From Vicugna vicugna (lineage: Eukaryota), in NCBI GenBank assembly GCA_013265495.1, contig MU057632.1:108054-172053 (forward strand): 64,000 nucleotides of DNA, in the 5' to 3' direction. A program made the translations under genes and the position numbers. Under the pieces are notes generated by a model. The model had not been told where the DNA came from, searched no databases, and worked only from the letters and a program-made list of their open reading frames with translations. How positions within the stretch are numbered: position 1 is the first letter of the stretch; each line of letters begins with the position of its first letter. This document shows, in pieces, positions 39,126-53,250 of this stretch.

Positions 39126-41569
39126 GTGCTTGGTGAGCACTTATTGAATGAATGTAACAATCTTTCCCTGCAGAAATTGTTAGTCCCTGAATGTTATAGG
39201 AAATACACTATGTAAATAAGACATTTTGGTCTATTTCTTACTGTACCACTCTGTGCTCAGTAAGCCACTTAGTTATAAATGTAAAAATATCCCTTTAAGT
39301 CACTGTAAATTATTCTCTTCACTGACCTGCACACCTGATTAAAACAGGATTGCTTTCTAAAGCAAAGGTTTGGAAACTGGCTGCAGGGATTTTGTGACTC
39401 CAAAACCATAGGCAAAGTTTTGATTTTTTTTTTAATGCGTTGAATAGTTATCTTGGGAGAGAGTCACAGTTATCATCATGTTCTTAATGATTTAACAAAG
39501 GAAAAACAATAAGAACAACAGAGATTTAGAACCCCTGCAATTTGGAACAACAAAGCATCGCTGAAGGAAGAGGACCAGGTTCCCATGAGCATTGCCAGTG
39601 ATGCTGTGTCTCTCTGGGCAGATAACTGTCATTCAGGAAATAAGGCTGAGATCCCGAGGTTAATGAGGGGTGTGGGGAGAGGAGTGTAAGGGGGTGGTTG
39701 GTAGTCACACTGGAACAGGATGAAGACAAGTGTTTGCATAAAGTATCCTCCATCCCCACCCCACTAAAAATAGGAGAAAAATCAGAAAAAAGAGAGAAGT
39801 AATGTGAATAAAATAACAGTTTGTGCACTGGGAGAATTGGAGTCATTGCTGAATCATTTTTCCAGGCTTCAGGATGACTTCTAATCCCCCAAATTACAGG
39901 AAGTGGGAAGCCGAATAATCACGTATGACAAAATAACAGACCCCTCTCTCGTCACTTGAGACCTTCTCCTGTTTCTTTCTTCTAACCTTCCTCTTACACT
40001 TGTACCGAGCAACTCTCATGAAGACAAGACATGTACAATTTCTATTCCCACTTTTGATTCACATCCCCAAAGAACGGATGGCACAAGAGTTATATTCCTT
40101 TTTTGTTTTAAAATGCTACAACTCTGAAAGCATCTAATACTCAGTAAAGGGCATTTAGCTGAATTTTAAGATCGAAGTGAAAGGTGGGTTCCCGTCCACA
40201 CAGTCACTCAGCCACATCCATGCTTCTGTCTTGTTAGGGTCCATCCCCTCTAAAATCCTGTGGGTCAATGACTCTCTCTGTCACAGATGCCAACACCATT
40301 TTGACCCCAACTTCTAGGAGATGTGTCCCATTTGAGCTCAGAAGTGATCCTGGCCAGCTCTTGACCATCACTCTGTGGATGGGAAACTGAGGCCCAGGAC
40401 AGGACAGGGAACAACGGAATAGATTCTGGAGGCTAATGGGGGACCCGCAGCATCACCAATCTCCTCAGAGACTGCAGTGCCAGGGAACAAGTCATGCAGG
40501 TTTCCCCAGATGATTTCTCCTCCGCATCAGTGAGAAAGAGGTTTCTCTGACAGAGCCACCCTAGCCAGCTGCCTCGAATCCCATGAAGCTATGAGGACTA
40601 AGGTTTTCTTGGGCTATGAATGACACAGCAGGTACTCTAACATACCCTAACTCAGCTAAACCCTTTTAAAACTTGAACAACTCGAGGATCTGACTATGGT
40701 GGTCCAGCTGGGTGACTCACAGAAAGCCTTTCCCTCGACTTACTTGCTTTGGTTGATTCCCTGAGGATCTTCTTTAATTAGGTGGTGATTACGATTTAGC
40801 ATGTGTTCTGTTAGTTGGACTGGAGTCCAGGATTCCAGGGCTGAGGATTGTTTTTTGAATTAAAGATGGCAGCAGGGACCATCAGGATGTGGGCATGATC
40901 TTTCCAACTCTCCTCTCATTTCAGTGCAGTGTGGGACGGCACCTCCCCACCCTCAGGGAGCTGAAGCACAGCCAGGTGATTTGCTTTGGCCAATGAAATG
41001 TGAATGGAAGTAATATTACTTAAATTTTTTGATGCTAATTCCAAATTGTACTCTGATTGGTCCCTTCACCTCATTGGACTCTACCTCTTCTCATCTTTTG
41101 CCACTGATATTGGTTTGACCTGCAAGTGAAAGTTCAAGGGCCACCCTGTGAGGGGATCTAGGTGAGAACTGACCTTGAGGGACTTGCATGTACAAAGACA
41201 CATTGCTCTCCAAGCACTACCAGCTTGGGGTCAGCTGATGGGTGGAGTTTTAAACTATCATTGTTTTTCTAGAACTACAGCACTTACCTTTAAAATCCTG
41301 GTTGGCTTTAGGAAATGAGATATTGGAAAATAAGCATGAAATAGTAAAAATACATCTCTATAAAAGTTTGGATTCTTTTAATCTTTAAACCCAGTCTAGG
41401 GATGGTGAGGAAGGATACTGAGTCTATTTAGTTTTGTGCCTGAGTTGTTACTAAACAGACTGAATCTCTCAAAGAGCAACGGAGAAAAAGAGGAGCCCCA
41501 ATCTACACACACTTGTTTTACAAATTTGAAGACACTTGATGACAGCACCAGCTGTCGCACTGGCACCTA

Positions 41570-41737
<168 letters not shown>

Positions 41738-41774
41738 TTATTAACTTAATACATATTAAGAATCATCTCCTCAT

Positions 41775-41920
41775 GGGGAGGGTAGAGCTCAGTGGTAGAG
41801 TGTGCTGAGCATGCACGAGGTCCTGGGTTCAATTCCCAGTACCTCCACCATAAATATAGATATTAACCTAATTACCTCCCCACTCCAAATAAAAACAAAA
41901 CACAACAAAAAACCAAAAAA
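41775..41920 (+). mobile_element. Vic-1-like SINE about 110 nt upstream of the exon 8 acceptor
   Basis: ggggagggtagagctcagtggtagag...gggttcaattcccagtacctcc. Confidence 0.88.
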
Positions 41921-42509
41921 GAATATTATCTTTGTCATATTTTGCCCCAGTAAATGCCCAAGGGGGTGAAGATGACTGGCATTTTCAGCTAGCTGTTAGA
42001 CACAACCCGCCACATCAGTAGAGCTGCTTATCAAAGTAACTCACATCAAAACCAGCGTACCAAGTTCAACAGAGAGCAATTTTGGAATGGCTTAGGGAAA
42101 GATATCGGAAGTGACTACTTGAGTGTGACCATGCTTCCCAGGAGCCAACTGCACATCTTTAATCACTACTTGATAAGATACAGGCCAAAGACTCCTGCAA
42201 ATCCATAATGCAACTAGTAAATTAACTAGTAAACTAGCTAGTAAACTAATGACCCTGAGGGCATGTTAATGATGTAGCGAAATTCTCTGAAGTTGAACTA
42301 TGCAATACATCTAATGCTAAAAATGAAGACAGTGATAACAAAAGGCAGGGCTAAAACAAAGTGGGGAAAATGTGTTCTCTAGGAATATAATTGGAAAGTG
42401 TGTATGAATTTAATGTCATGATCTAAGGGTATGTTTATAGCTCTTTGATGTAAAACATGCTCTCTCTGCTTCATATAATTATACCTGACATGGAAAATAC
42501 AAAGTATTT

Positions 42510-42665
42510 TCATGTAATCTTCACAATCAGAATGTGGACTGAGACCTTTATTTAGTAGATGAGAAAATAAAGGCTCAGATAAATTAAGAGTTTTACACAA
42601 GATTGGCAGAGTTGAGGCATTGACGCAGATTGCCTGGCTCTGGGTCTTAGAATCCCTCCACTGTC
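42510..42665. mobile_element. MIR fragment
   Basis: gtagatgagaaaataaggctcagataaattaag. Confidence 0.6.
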
Positions 42666-42834
42666 CTTTGTTGGCTGCTTGATGGCTGTTGTTAGAAAAG
42701 CTTCTCTCTGAACTATTCATTTGAGAGACTGCCTGAACTTACTTTCCATACAAATTTTGGTAATATGTCTGCAAATATCTCTGATGACCAAGTGTTTAGT
42801 CCACTCTCCTGGAGAAAAGTTTTTATTATAATTC

Positions 42835-45800
42835 ATAATATCAATGGACTTAAATGTCAATGGACTGAATGCTCCAATAAAAAGACAAAGTGGCAGACTG
42901 GATAATAAAACAAGAGCCTAAAAAATGCCACCTACAAGAAACTCACTTTAGAGTGAAGGACACACACAGATTGAAAGTGAGGGGATGGAAAAAGATATTT
43001 CACGCAAATGGAAATGACAAGAAAGCTGGGGTAGCAATAATAATATCATACAAAGTAGACTTTAAAACAAAGGCCATAAAGAAAGATAAAGAAGGACACT
43101 ATATAATGATAAAACAATCAATACAAGAAGAAAATATTACACTTGTTAACATACATGCACCCAATATAGGAGCACCTAAATACATAAAACAAATACTAAC
43201 AGACTATAAAGGGGGAAATTGACAGGAGCACAATAATATTTGGAGAATCTGACACCCCACTAGCATCAATGGACAGACCTTCCAGACAGAAAAACAATAA
43301 GGCAACAAAGATCCTAAATGACATAATAGAACAGTTCGACTTAATCGATATTTTCAGGACATTACATCCAAGACCCCAGAATAAACATTCTTCTCAAGTG
43401 CACATGGAACATTCTCTAGGATAGATGACATACTAGGACATAAAACATGGTCCAACAAATTTAAGAATATAGGAATTATTTCAAGCATTTTTTCTGACTA
43501 CAACAGCATGAAACTAGAAATTAACCACAAAAAGAATAATGAAGGAAAAAAAAATTACATGGAGACTAAATGACATGCTACTAAAAAACCAATGGGCCAA
43601 AGATGAAATTAAAGAGGAAATTTAAAAACACTTTGAGATAAATGAAAATGAAAACACAACCATACAAAATCTATGGGATTCTTCTCAAATTCTTCCAAAA
43701 GATTGAAGAGGAGAGAATACTCCCAAAGCCATTCTATGAAGCCACCATCACCCTGATACCAAAAACAGACAAAGACAACACCAAAAAAGAAAATTACAGG
43801 TCAGTATCTTCGGTGAAAGTTGATCCCAAAATCCTCAACAATATATTAGCAAACCGAGTCCAACAGTACATTAAAAAAAACATATGCTACAATCAAGTCA
43901 GATTCATCTCAGAGTCACAAGGATCCCAAATCAAACAATGTGATATACCACATAAACAAAAGAAATAACAAAGCCATGTGACCATCTCAATAGATGACAA
44001 AGAAGCATTTGATAAAATTTAGCACTCATCCATGATAAAAACTCTTCCAAAGTGGGTATAGAGGAACCATATCTCAACATATTTAAAGTCATTTATGACA
44101 AACCCACAGCCAACATAATACTCAATGGTGAAAAGCTGAAAGCTTTCCTGCTAAAGTCTGGAACAAGACAAGGATGCCCACTCTCACCACTTCTATTAAA
44201 CATAGCATTGGAAGTCCTAGCCACAGCAATCAGACAAAAAAAGAAAAAAAAGAAAGAAAAGGTATCTAAATTGTAAGAGGAGAGGTAAAATTGTCACTAT
44301 ATGCAAGTAACATGATACAATATGTAGAAAAACCTAAAGATTCCACACAAAAACTACTAGAACTGATAAAGCAAACTCAGCAAGGTAGCAGGACACAAGG
44401 TTAACATACAGAAATCTGCTGCATTTCTTCCCACTAACAATGGAATATCAGAAAGGGAAAGTGGAAAAAAATCCCTTTTAAAATGCATAAAAAATAAAAT
44501 ACTTAGGAGTAAGAGTGACCAAGGAGGTGAAAAACTTATATGCTGAGAAATATAAAATACTGATAAAAGAAACTGAAGATGATTCAAAGAAATGTGAAGA
44601 TATCCCATGCTTTTGGATTAGAGGAAAATATTGTTAAAATGGCCATATTACTCAAAGAAATCTACAGATTTAATGTGATTCCTATCAAATTACCCATGAC
44701 ATTTTTTCACAGTACTAGAACAAATAGTCCTAAAATTTATATGGAATTATAAAAGACCCAGAATTGCCAAAGCAATACTGAAGATAAAGAATGAAGCTGG
44801 AGGAATAACCCTCCCAGATTTCAGACAATACTACAGAGCTACAGTAATCAAAACAGCATGGTATTTTACAAAAACAGACATATGGATCAAGAGCAGAATA
44901 GAGAGCTCAGAAATAAACCCACACACCTACAGTCAATGAATCTTTGACAAAGGAGGCAAGCATATACAATGGAGAAAAGGCAGTCTCTTCAGCAGGTGGT
45001 GTTGGGAAGACTGGACAGCAGCATGTAAATCAATGAAGATAAAACACTCCCTTACACCATACACACAAATAAACTCAAAATGGCTTAGAAGACTTAAACA
45101 TAAGACAGGACACCATAAATCTTCTTGAAGAGAACATGGGCAAAACGTTATCTGACATAAAGCAATGTTTTCCTAGGTCAGTCTCCCAAGGCAATAGAAA
45201 TGAAAGCAAAAATAAACAAATGGGACCTAATCAAACTTAAAAGCTCTTGCACAGCAAAGGAAACCATATAATGAAAGACAACCTATGGACTGGGAGAAAA
45301 TATTTGCAAACGATGTGACTGACAAGGGCTTAACTACCAGGATATACACAACTTAATAAGAAACAACCAAACAACCCAATCCAAAAATGGGCAGAAGACC
45401 TAAACAAGCAATTCTCCAATGAAGACATACAAATGACCAATAGGCACATGAAAAGATGTTCAATATTGCTAATTATCAGAGAAATGCAAATCAAAACTAC
45501 AATGGGGTATCACCTCACACCATTCAGAATAGCCATCATTAAAAAGTCTACAAATAGCAAATGCTCGAGAGGTGTGGAGAAGAGGGAACCTTCCCACACT
45601 GTTGGTGGGAATGTAAATTGGTGCAGCCACTATAGAAAACAAAACAGTATGGAGATTCCTTGACAACCTTAAAAAAAAAAAAAGGCAAATGAACTTATTT
45701 ACAAAATGGAAACAGACTCACAGACATAGAAAACAAACTTATAGTTACCAGCAGGGGGTGGGGGGATGAAGAGGGTGGGAAGGGATAAATTGGGAGTTTG

Positions 45801-46003
45801 AAATTTGCAGATACTAACTACTTTATATAAAACAGATGAACAACAAGTTTTTACTGTATAGCACAGGGAACTATATTCAATATCTTGTAGTAACCTATAA
45901 TGAAAAAGAATATGAAAAGGAATATATGTAGGTATATGTATGGCTGAACTATTATAATGTGCACCAGAAATTGATACAACTTTGTAAACTGACTATTCTT
46001 GAA
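42835..46003 (+). mobile_element. Degenerate L1 (ORF2 endonuclease, RT, C-terminus, 3' UTR) with two large internal deletions
   Basis: ORF pieces LQETH...GWKKIFHANG...GVAI (APE endonuclease) and [10 protein letters not shown] (RT); multiple stops and frameshifts. Confidence 0.95.
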
Positions 46004-46019
46004 TTACTCCCCCTAAATC

Positions 46020-46385
46020 TACTGTTAATAAAGCAAAGTTGGAAATGCTCAGTGATGAACAGCACAGTAAAGTGATGAGTTGCACTATGTCAGCCTAACG
46101 AAAGAGGATAGTCATGGTGCACCTTAACTGCGCTCAACAATATGGATGACCCTTCCATCAACAACACTGAGGGAGAGCAGCAAGACACAAAGGTACAAAA
46201 CAGGGAAGCTAATCTCTGCTGTTGGGAGACGGCACAGCAGGGCCCCATGGGGGACAGAGGTTGAGAGAGAGTGTGCGGAGGTCCGGGTCACAATCTGCTT
46301 CTTTACCGGGTGCTGGCTACACAGCAGCACTCAGTTTTCTTAGGGTATGTGCTGTATTCCATCGCATTAGACTTTAATAAAGTGT
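46020..46385 (+). mobile_element. Old L1M 3' end
   Basis: caacaatatggatgacc...agcaagacacaaag...aataaag. Confidence 0.5.
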
Positions 46386-46739
46386 TCAAGAAGGGATATA
46401 AAAAACTAGAAAAATACATGGTAGGGCCTGAGGGCTTTTTATATTATTAAGGAAGGTTTAAATAATTAAAGTGGGCTCCCAAGGCCTGGAGCCTTGCTCA
46501 CACGTTGATTTAACCTAAAAATCTGCAAAGACTTAACAAAAAGCATCTTGGCATCTTCTAGAGAATGAAGCAATTATCATTGTATTATCTTGAGATTTTA
46601 GTTCTTGCAAATACTGCACCAACACAATCTACAGAGCGATTTAACTAGTCACTAAAAACACATGGGTTTATTGTTGCAGCTTCTTCTGTAGTGAAGGCCA
46701 GAGACCCTCCCGTGCCTTGACAGCAGAGATGGCTGCTTT

Positions 46740-46922
46740 TTTGAAAAAAACTTTTTACTGAAGTGTAGTTGATTTATAACGTTAGTTTCAGGTGTACAGC
46801 TAAGTGATTCAGTTATACATATAATACATGTATATATTTTCTTTTCAGATTCTTTTCCATGGTATGTTATTACAGGAAATTGAATAGAGTTCCCTGTGCT
46901 ATACAGTAGGTTCTTGTTGTCT
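46740..46922 (-). mobile_element. Short L1 3' end with perfect 14-bp target-site duplication
   Basis: gagatggctgcttt at 46726-46739 and 46923-46936. Confidence 0.88.
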
Positions 46923-47974
46923 GAGATGGCTGCTTTAATTAGACAGTTTTCATAAAAGGCATCACATACATGTGAACTCAGGTAACTTGAAAACAGGACT
47001 CAGGTAGAACTAAGAAGTATAAAGCAGGTCTGGGCATTGCTAGATAACAATGACAAAAAAGAATCCCAAACAACAAGATGACAGAAAATGGGACCAAGAC
47101 ATTGCTTGCCAATGCTCTGAAGAACGGGGAGCCAAAGAGGCCACTCTTAGAAAATTGAAAATTTTCTTAACATTGAGACTGGGCTTCTTGCTCTTCTTCA
47201 ATTGACCTCAACAGCTAAGCTCTTATGCCCTTCATTGCTCTTCTCCTAAGAACATCTTGTAAATGGGAAGCAGAGAGGGAGCAAGGGGCGTCTGTCTCAG
47301 GGCCGAGGCAGGTTAGCAGCCAGGATGGAGGTGGGGAGTGGGGCCCTCTCACCCCTCCACCCTAATAACTTTGTCCTGTCCCAGCTCTCTCTCTCTCAGT
47401 AACTGCTTCCGCTGCTGAAACTCAAGGCCACAGCCACATGCTCAAGATGCTCCCATATTTAAAGCCAAAATCACACGGTGGTTGGCAAGAGAAAAAAGAA
47501 TGCCCAGAGGGATTTAATCTGCACAGTGCATCTACTCCCACGGATAAGTCAACAGGAAGCAAAATGGAAGCCAAATCGTCATTTACCAAGCGACCCTGGT
47601 CCTCGAGGCAGCCAAAGAAACTCAGACTTTGGTCTGTAATTATAAGCACAACCTCAGGATGATTAAGTTTTTACGGAGTATTTCGCTTATATTGTTTGGT
47701 GTCTTGCCATTACGGCGCATTTGACCTTTTCTGGAAATTTTAATTTCAGCTCACCATCCAAAAGTATAATTAATGTAGAATTGATGTCTTTTCCAAGGTA
47801 CGGAATTTAAGAACTCAGAGAACTAAAAGATTCAGGATGAAAACCAGCAATCCCTTCCCCCACCTCACTTCTTACTAATTTTTGTTTCTCTGTGGCAACC
47901 CCTTCAATTTTTACTAAAAAAAAATATTTGTTGCTTTTTTGTTTTCCTTCTTTCTATTTTTTAAAGTGGCAATT

Positions 47975-48112
47975 TCTTATTTATTTATTTATGGGGGGTG
48001 GTGGTAATTTGGCTTATTTATTTATTTATTTATTTTAATGGAGGTACTGGGGTTTGAACCCAGGACCTCAAATGTGCTGAGCGTGCACTCTACCACTGAG
48101 CTATAACCCCCT
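47975..48112 (-). mobile_element. Vic-1-like SINE (tandem copy 1)
   Basis: reverse-complement SINE consensus. Confidence 0.85.
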
Positions 48113-48123
48113 TCTTTTAAAAA

Positions 48124-48263
48124 TTGTTTTTTATTTATTTACTCATTTTTTGGGGGAGGGGCAGAGGTAATCAGGTGTATTTATTTTAATGGAGGTACTG
48201 GGGATTGCACCCAGGACCTCGTGCATGCTAAGCACACTCTACCACTGAGCAGTACCCTCCCCA
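48124..48263 (-). mobile_element. Vic-1-like SINE (tandem copy 2)
   Basis: reverse-complement SINE consensus. Confidence 0.85.
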
Positions 48264-49042
48264 TCTTGAAGTGTCTTGAGATGCTCATCCCAAGGCTTCA
48301 GTAACATTTCTGAGGCTGCAAGTGCTGCTGTTTGAAAGGCATAAAGGATTCTGATTCAGACACTGGGGATTTGAGTCCTAGCTCCTTCCAGGCTTGTCCT
48401 GAGGATTAAGTGACATAATGTATCAGAAACACTCTGCAAACCAAGAAGCGCTTTGAAAGTCTTAGGCATTATTAATAAAAGCTGTGGCATTTGGGCAGGA
48501 ATTCAAAACGTTACTGAGAGCTGCTTTCTTTTCCCAGACTGCTCCACTTGAAAGAAAAAGTTTATTTAAATGAATCACGTGGCGATATTGACACAGACAA
48601 ATGTCCTCCGCGCTGCTGGGCTTTTAAACGTTTTCCTGAAACCCTGACATGCTGGTTAATTTAGTTGTCTCGCCGACCAAGTGACAAAGCAATCTGGGCA
48701 TCTCCAGTGCCCCTATGGAAAGAGAGTGGCTCTGGCTTAAAACAAATGCGCTTGTTCTTGGTCTTGATGCTTTGTGTGCTCAGCAAACCAAGGCAGGTTT
48801 ACTGGGTAGGAAAAGGAGTGGATCAACAAATGAGGCTTGCTTTTTAACCGAAAGCATCCTTAAAAATAAATTCTACAATGTATAATCAAGCATAAAGCCC
48901 TGAGTTCTGGATAGGGGTTACAGCAAGGAAAAACAGTGATTACATTTAATAAATCTATTATTATTCCTATGTGTAATAAGTTAATTACACTTGGACAGGG
49001 AGAATAATTGCCTTTTTTTTGCTTGTACAAATATTTATTTGT

Positions 49043-51130
49043 TTTACCAAGAAAGAAATAAAAGGGATCCAAATTGGAAAAGAAGAGGTAAAAGTGTCAT
49101 TATATGCTGACGACATGTTACTATATATAGAAAACCCTAAAAGGTCCACAAAAAGCTACTAGAGCTGATCGAAGAATTCAGCAAGGTAGCAGGTTACAAA
49201 ATTAATGTTCAAAAATCAGTTGCCTTTCTTTACACTAACGATAAATCAACAGAAAAAGAAAGTAAAGAAACAATCCCCTTTAAAATAGCACCCAAAGTAA
49301 TAAAATATCTGGGAATAAATCTAACCAAGGAGGCGAAAGAATTATACACAGAAAACTATAAACCATTGATGAAGGAAATTAAAGAAGACTTTAAAAAATG
49401 GAAAGATATTCCATGCTCTTGGATTGGAACAATCAATATTGTTAAAATGGTCACACTGCCCAAGGCAATCTACAGATTTAATGCAATCCCTATCCAATTA
49501 CCCAGGACATATTTCACAGAACTAGAACAAATCATAAAAATTTATATGGAACCATCAAAGACCTAGAATTGCTAAAGCATTACTGAAGAGAAAGAAAGAG
49601 GCTGGAGGAATAACTCTCCCAGACTTCAGACAATACTATAGAGCTACAGTCATCAAGACAGCATGGTATTGGTACCAAAACAGACATATGGACCAATGGA
49701 ACAGAATAGAGAGCCCAGAAATGAACCCACAAACTTTTGGTCAACTCATCTTCGACAAAGGAGGCAAGAATATACAATGGAATAAAGACAGTCTCTTCAG
49801 CAAATGGTGTTGGGAAAACTGGACAGCAGCATGTAAAACAATGAAGCTAGAACACACCCTTACACCATATACAAAAATCAACTCAAAATGGATTAAAGAC
49901 TTAAACATAAGACAAGATACAATAAACCTCCTAGAGGAAAACATAGGCAAAACATTATCTGACATACATTTCAAAAATTTTCTCCTAGAAGAAATAAAAG
50001 CAAGAATAAACAAATGGGACCTAATGAAACTTACAAGCTTCTGCAGAGCAAAGGAAACCAGAAATAAAACAAGAAGAAAACCTACGGAATGGGAGAAAAT
50101 TTTTGCAAGTGAAACCGACAAAGGCTTGATCTCCAAAATATATAAGCAGCTCATACGACTCAATAAGAAAAAAATAAACAACCCAATCCAAAAATGGGCA
50201 GAAGACCTAAACAAGCAATTCTCCAAGGAAGACATACAAATGATCAAAAAGCACATGAAAAAATGTTCAATATCACTAATTATCAGAGAAATGCAAATCA
50301 AAACTACAATGAGGTATCACCTCACACCAGTCAGAATGGCCGTCATTCAAAAATCCAAAAATGACAAATGCTGGAGAGGCTGTGGAGAAAGGGGAACCCT
50401 CCTACACTGCTGGTGGGAATGCAGTTTGGTGCAGCCACTATGGAAAACAGTGTGGAGATTCCTCAAAAGACTAGGAATAGACTTACCATATGACCCAGGA
50501 ATCCCACTCCTGGGCTTGTATCCAGAAGGAAATCTACTTCAGGATGACACCTGCACCCCAATGTTCATAGCAGCACTATTTACAATAGCCAAAACATGGA
50601 AACAGCCTAAATGTCCATCAACAGGTGACTGGATAAAGAAGATGTGGTATATTTATACAATGGAATACTACTCAGCCATAAAAACCGACAACATAATGCC
50701 ATTTGCAGCAACATGGATGCTCCTAGAGAATGTCATTCTAAGTGAAGTAAGCCAGAAAGAGAAAGAAAAATACCATATGAGATCGCTCATATGTGGAATC
50801 TAAAAAACAAAAACAAACAAACAAACAAAAACAAAGCATAAATACAGGACAGAAATAGACTCATGGACAGAGAATACAGACTTGTGGTTACCAGGGGGGT
50901 AGAGGGTGGGAAGGGATAGACTGGGATTTCAAAATTGTAGAATAGATAAACAAGATTACACTGTATAGCACAGGGAAATATACACAAAATGTTATGATAA
51001 ATCACAGAGAAAAAAATGTGACAATGAGTGTGTATATGTCCATGAATGACTGAAAAATTGTGCTGAACACTGGAATTTGACACAACATTGTAAAATGATT
51101 ATAAATCAATAAAAAATGTTAAAAAAAATA
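49043..51130 (+). mobile_element. Young 5'-truncated L1 (about 2.1 kb)
   Basis: LYADDM RT motif near 49100; uninterrupted 371-aa ORF2 C-terminus (49688-50803) with CCHC knuckle [18 protein letters not shown]; 3' UTR and poly(A). Confidence 0.97.
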
Positions 51131-51605
51131 ACAAACTTTTCTAATGTACAGAAAAGCTGAAAGAATTGTACAGGTAAGACTCATATATTTGCTACTAAGA
51201 GTCCATAATTAACCTATTACATATTTGCTTTATTACATGTCTATTCCACTTTTTAAAAAATACAGTTCAAAATAAGTTTAGGGCCTTTTTTTTGTACTGA
51301 AAATCAAGTTTTATTTTCACTTAAAAATTTTTTTAACTTAAAAAAATTTTTGCTGAAGCCTAGTTGATTTAAACAGTTGCTTTTTAAATTAGTAGATTCT
51401 ACTTTAATGAAACTATGATTAGATCTTAAAAGTATTTCAAGCCTTTCACTTTATAATCTTTCTTGTTCAGAATAACACATAAGCTAGAGTTTTAAATTTG
51501 AAAGAAATGAATGATTTCACTCCATTGTTACCCACCTTGGTACAAGCTGTTATAGATCACAATATATGTTACATAACCCAGTTTCCTAAAATAAAATTCT
51601 AGATT

Positions 51606-51728
51606 TTCTTAAGGGGGAGGAGGTAATTTATTTATTTACATACTTATTTTTTTTTAAGTGGAGGTACTGGGGATTGAACCCAGGACCTTGTACATGCTAG
51701 GCAGTCACTCTACCACTGAGCTATCCCC
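51606..51728 (-). mobile_element. Vic-1-like SINE
   Basis: flanked by ataaaattctagat repeats. Confidence 0.88.
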
Positions 51729-51781
51729 TCTGTATAAAATTCTAGATATTTAAGTAAAACTGTTCAGACTCTTCACTTAAA

Positions 51782-51919
51782 TTTTTTTTTCTTTTTTTTG
51801 GAGAGGGAGAAGGGAATTAGGTTTATTTATTTATTGGCTGGAGGGACTGGGAATTGAACTCAGGACCTTGTGCACACTAGGCATACACTCTGTCTACCAC
51901 TGGGCTATACCTTCCCCCC
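51782..51919 (-). mobile_element. Vic-1-like SINE
   Basis: flanked by ctcttcactt repeats. Confidence 0.85.
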
Positions 51920-52109
51920 AGCCTCTTCACTTTTTATGGGTGGCCTGTGAGGAAGACTTTGCCTTGCTCTGGCTATCGATGTACACATGCTTCTGGTCCA
52001 AAGATTTGCTGAAGGAATAGTAATCTAGTTTTTCAGGTTCAATTGGAAATCTGTTTTGCACAACTTGGTGGTTAATTAAAAGTTAGATCAGGAAAGTTCC
52101 TCTTATCAT

Positions 52110-52262
52110 TCTCTGTATCAGTCTTGTGCAGTATGATGGCAAACAGCCACTCATGGCTATGGGACGCTTGACATGTGGCCAGCATCAGCAAGGAACTGAA
52201 TTTCTAAACATAAGCAGCCCCCTGCAGCTACTGGCTGCCACACGGGGTAGCATGGCTCTAAG
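52110..52262. mobile_element. MER3/MER33-like hAT relic
   Basis: cagccactcatggctat...acttgacatgtggcc-like segment...gctactggctgcc. Confidence 0.55.
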
Positions 52263-52639
52263 TGTATCGTCGCGAGGGATACAGGCCTAAGATGTTCCTC
52301 AAAGGGCTCCACTTTCTAACAGAACAGCTGATAGTCTCAGATTTTTTTGATAGAGTCCCCTTTTATAGCCAGAAGTATCAAGGATGTGTACACAGAAGGG
52401 GCTGTACTTTGAGCACATGGTGACTGAGAAAATACACAATCTGAAAAGCTAATAAATAGTTAAGTAAGGATTTTAAATAAATTTGAGCTTTATTCATGAC
52501 AATGGCATCTCCATTCTCCTGAGAGCAAGTAGCCTAGATACCTATAAGATGTATCACTGGTTCCCTGTGTAGACGAGGCTTGGAGGCTGAGTGGATGCAA
52601 AGAACCCATCGAATAAAGTTGGAAAGCATTGTTCTGGAA

Positions 52640-52850
52640 GTAAAAGATAGATAAATAACAAGGCCCTATGCTAGAGCACAGGGAACTATATTCCATTTCT
52701 CATAATAACCTACAATGGGAAAGAATCTGAAAAGAAAATATATATGTATAACTGAATCGCTTTGCTGTACACCTGAAACTAATATTGGAAATCAATGCAC
52801 TTCTATAAAAACAAAGCAAAAACAAAAAACATAACAAACAAAAAGAGATA
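52640..52850 (+). mobile_element. L1 3' UTR end
   Basis: agataaataacaagg...agcacagggaactatatt. Confidence 0.85.
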
Positions 52851-52919
52851 TAAATCAAAGGGCAACTGAAGGACAATAATAGTAAGGAGAAAAATATCAG
52901 AAGTATGGAAATAGGCAGT

Positions 52920-53035
52920 GGGGAGGGTATAGCTCAGAGGTAGAGCGCATGCCTAGCATGCACGAAGTCCTAGGTCAATCCCCAGTAGCTCCATTAAAAA
53001 AAGAAACCTAATTACTTCCTCCACCCACCCCCTCA
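52920..53035 (+). mobile_element. Vic-1-like SINE
   Basis: ggggagggtatagctcagaggtagagcgcatgcctagc. Confidence 0.88.
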
Positions 53036-53250
53036 AAAGTATACAGTGTATGTCAATTATATCTCATAAAACTGGAAGGAAAAAAATAATTTGAAAAAAA
53101 TTAGAAAAAATATAAACACTATCTTTGGCTATTCAAAATTTAAAAAAAAAAATAGAAAAGCTCATAACCAGTTAAGAAGCACCAGAGGATGGACGGCTCC
53201 CGGCCCCGGCACGGTGGGTGCACATGGGAGGGTGGAACACCCCTTCCGTA

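Noticed and set aside
42211..42250. Short repeated actagtaa units
   Set aside because: Low-complexity slippage repeat with no spacer structure; not CRISPR-like.
49741..50301. 186-aa hydrophobic minus-strand ORF
   Set aside because: Antisense frame of L1 ORF2, a common artefact.
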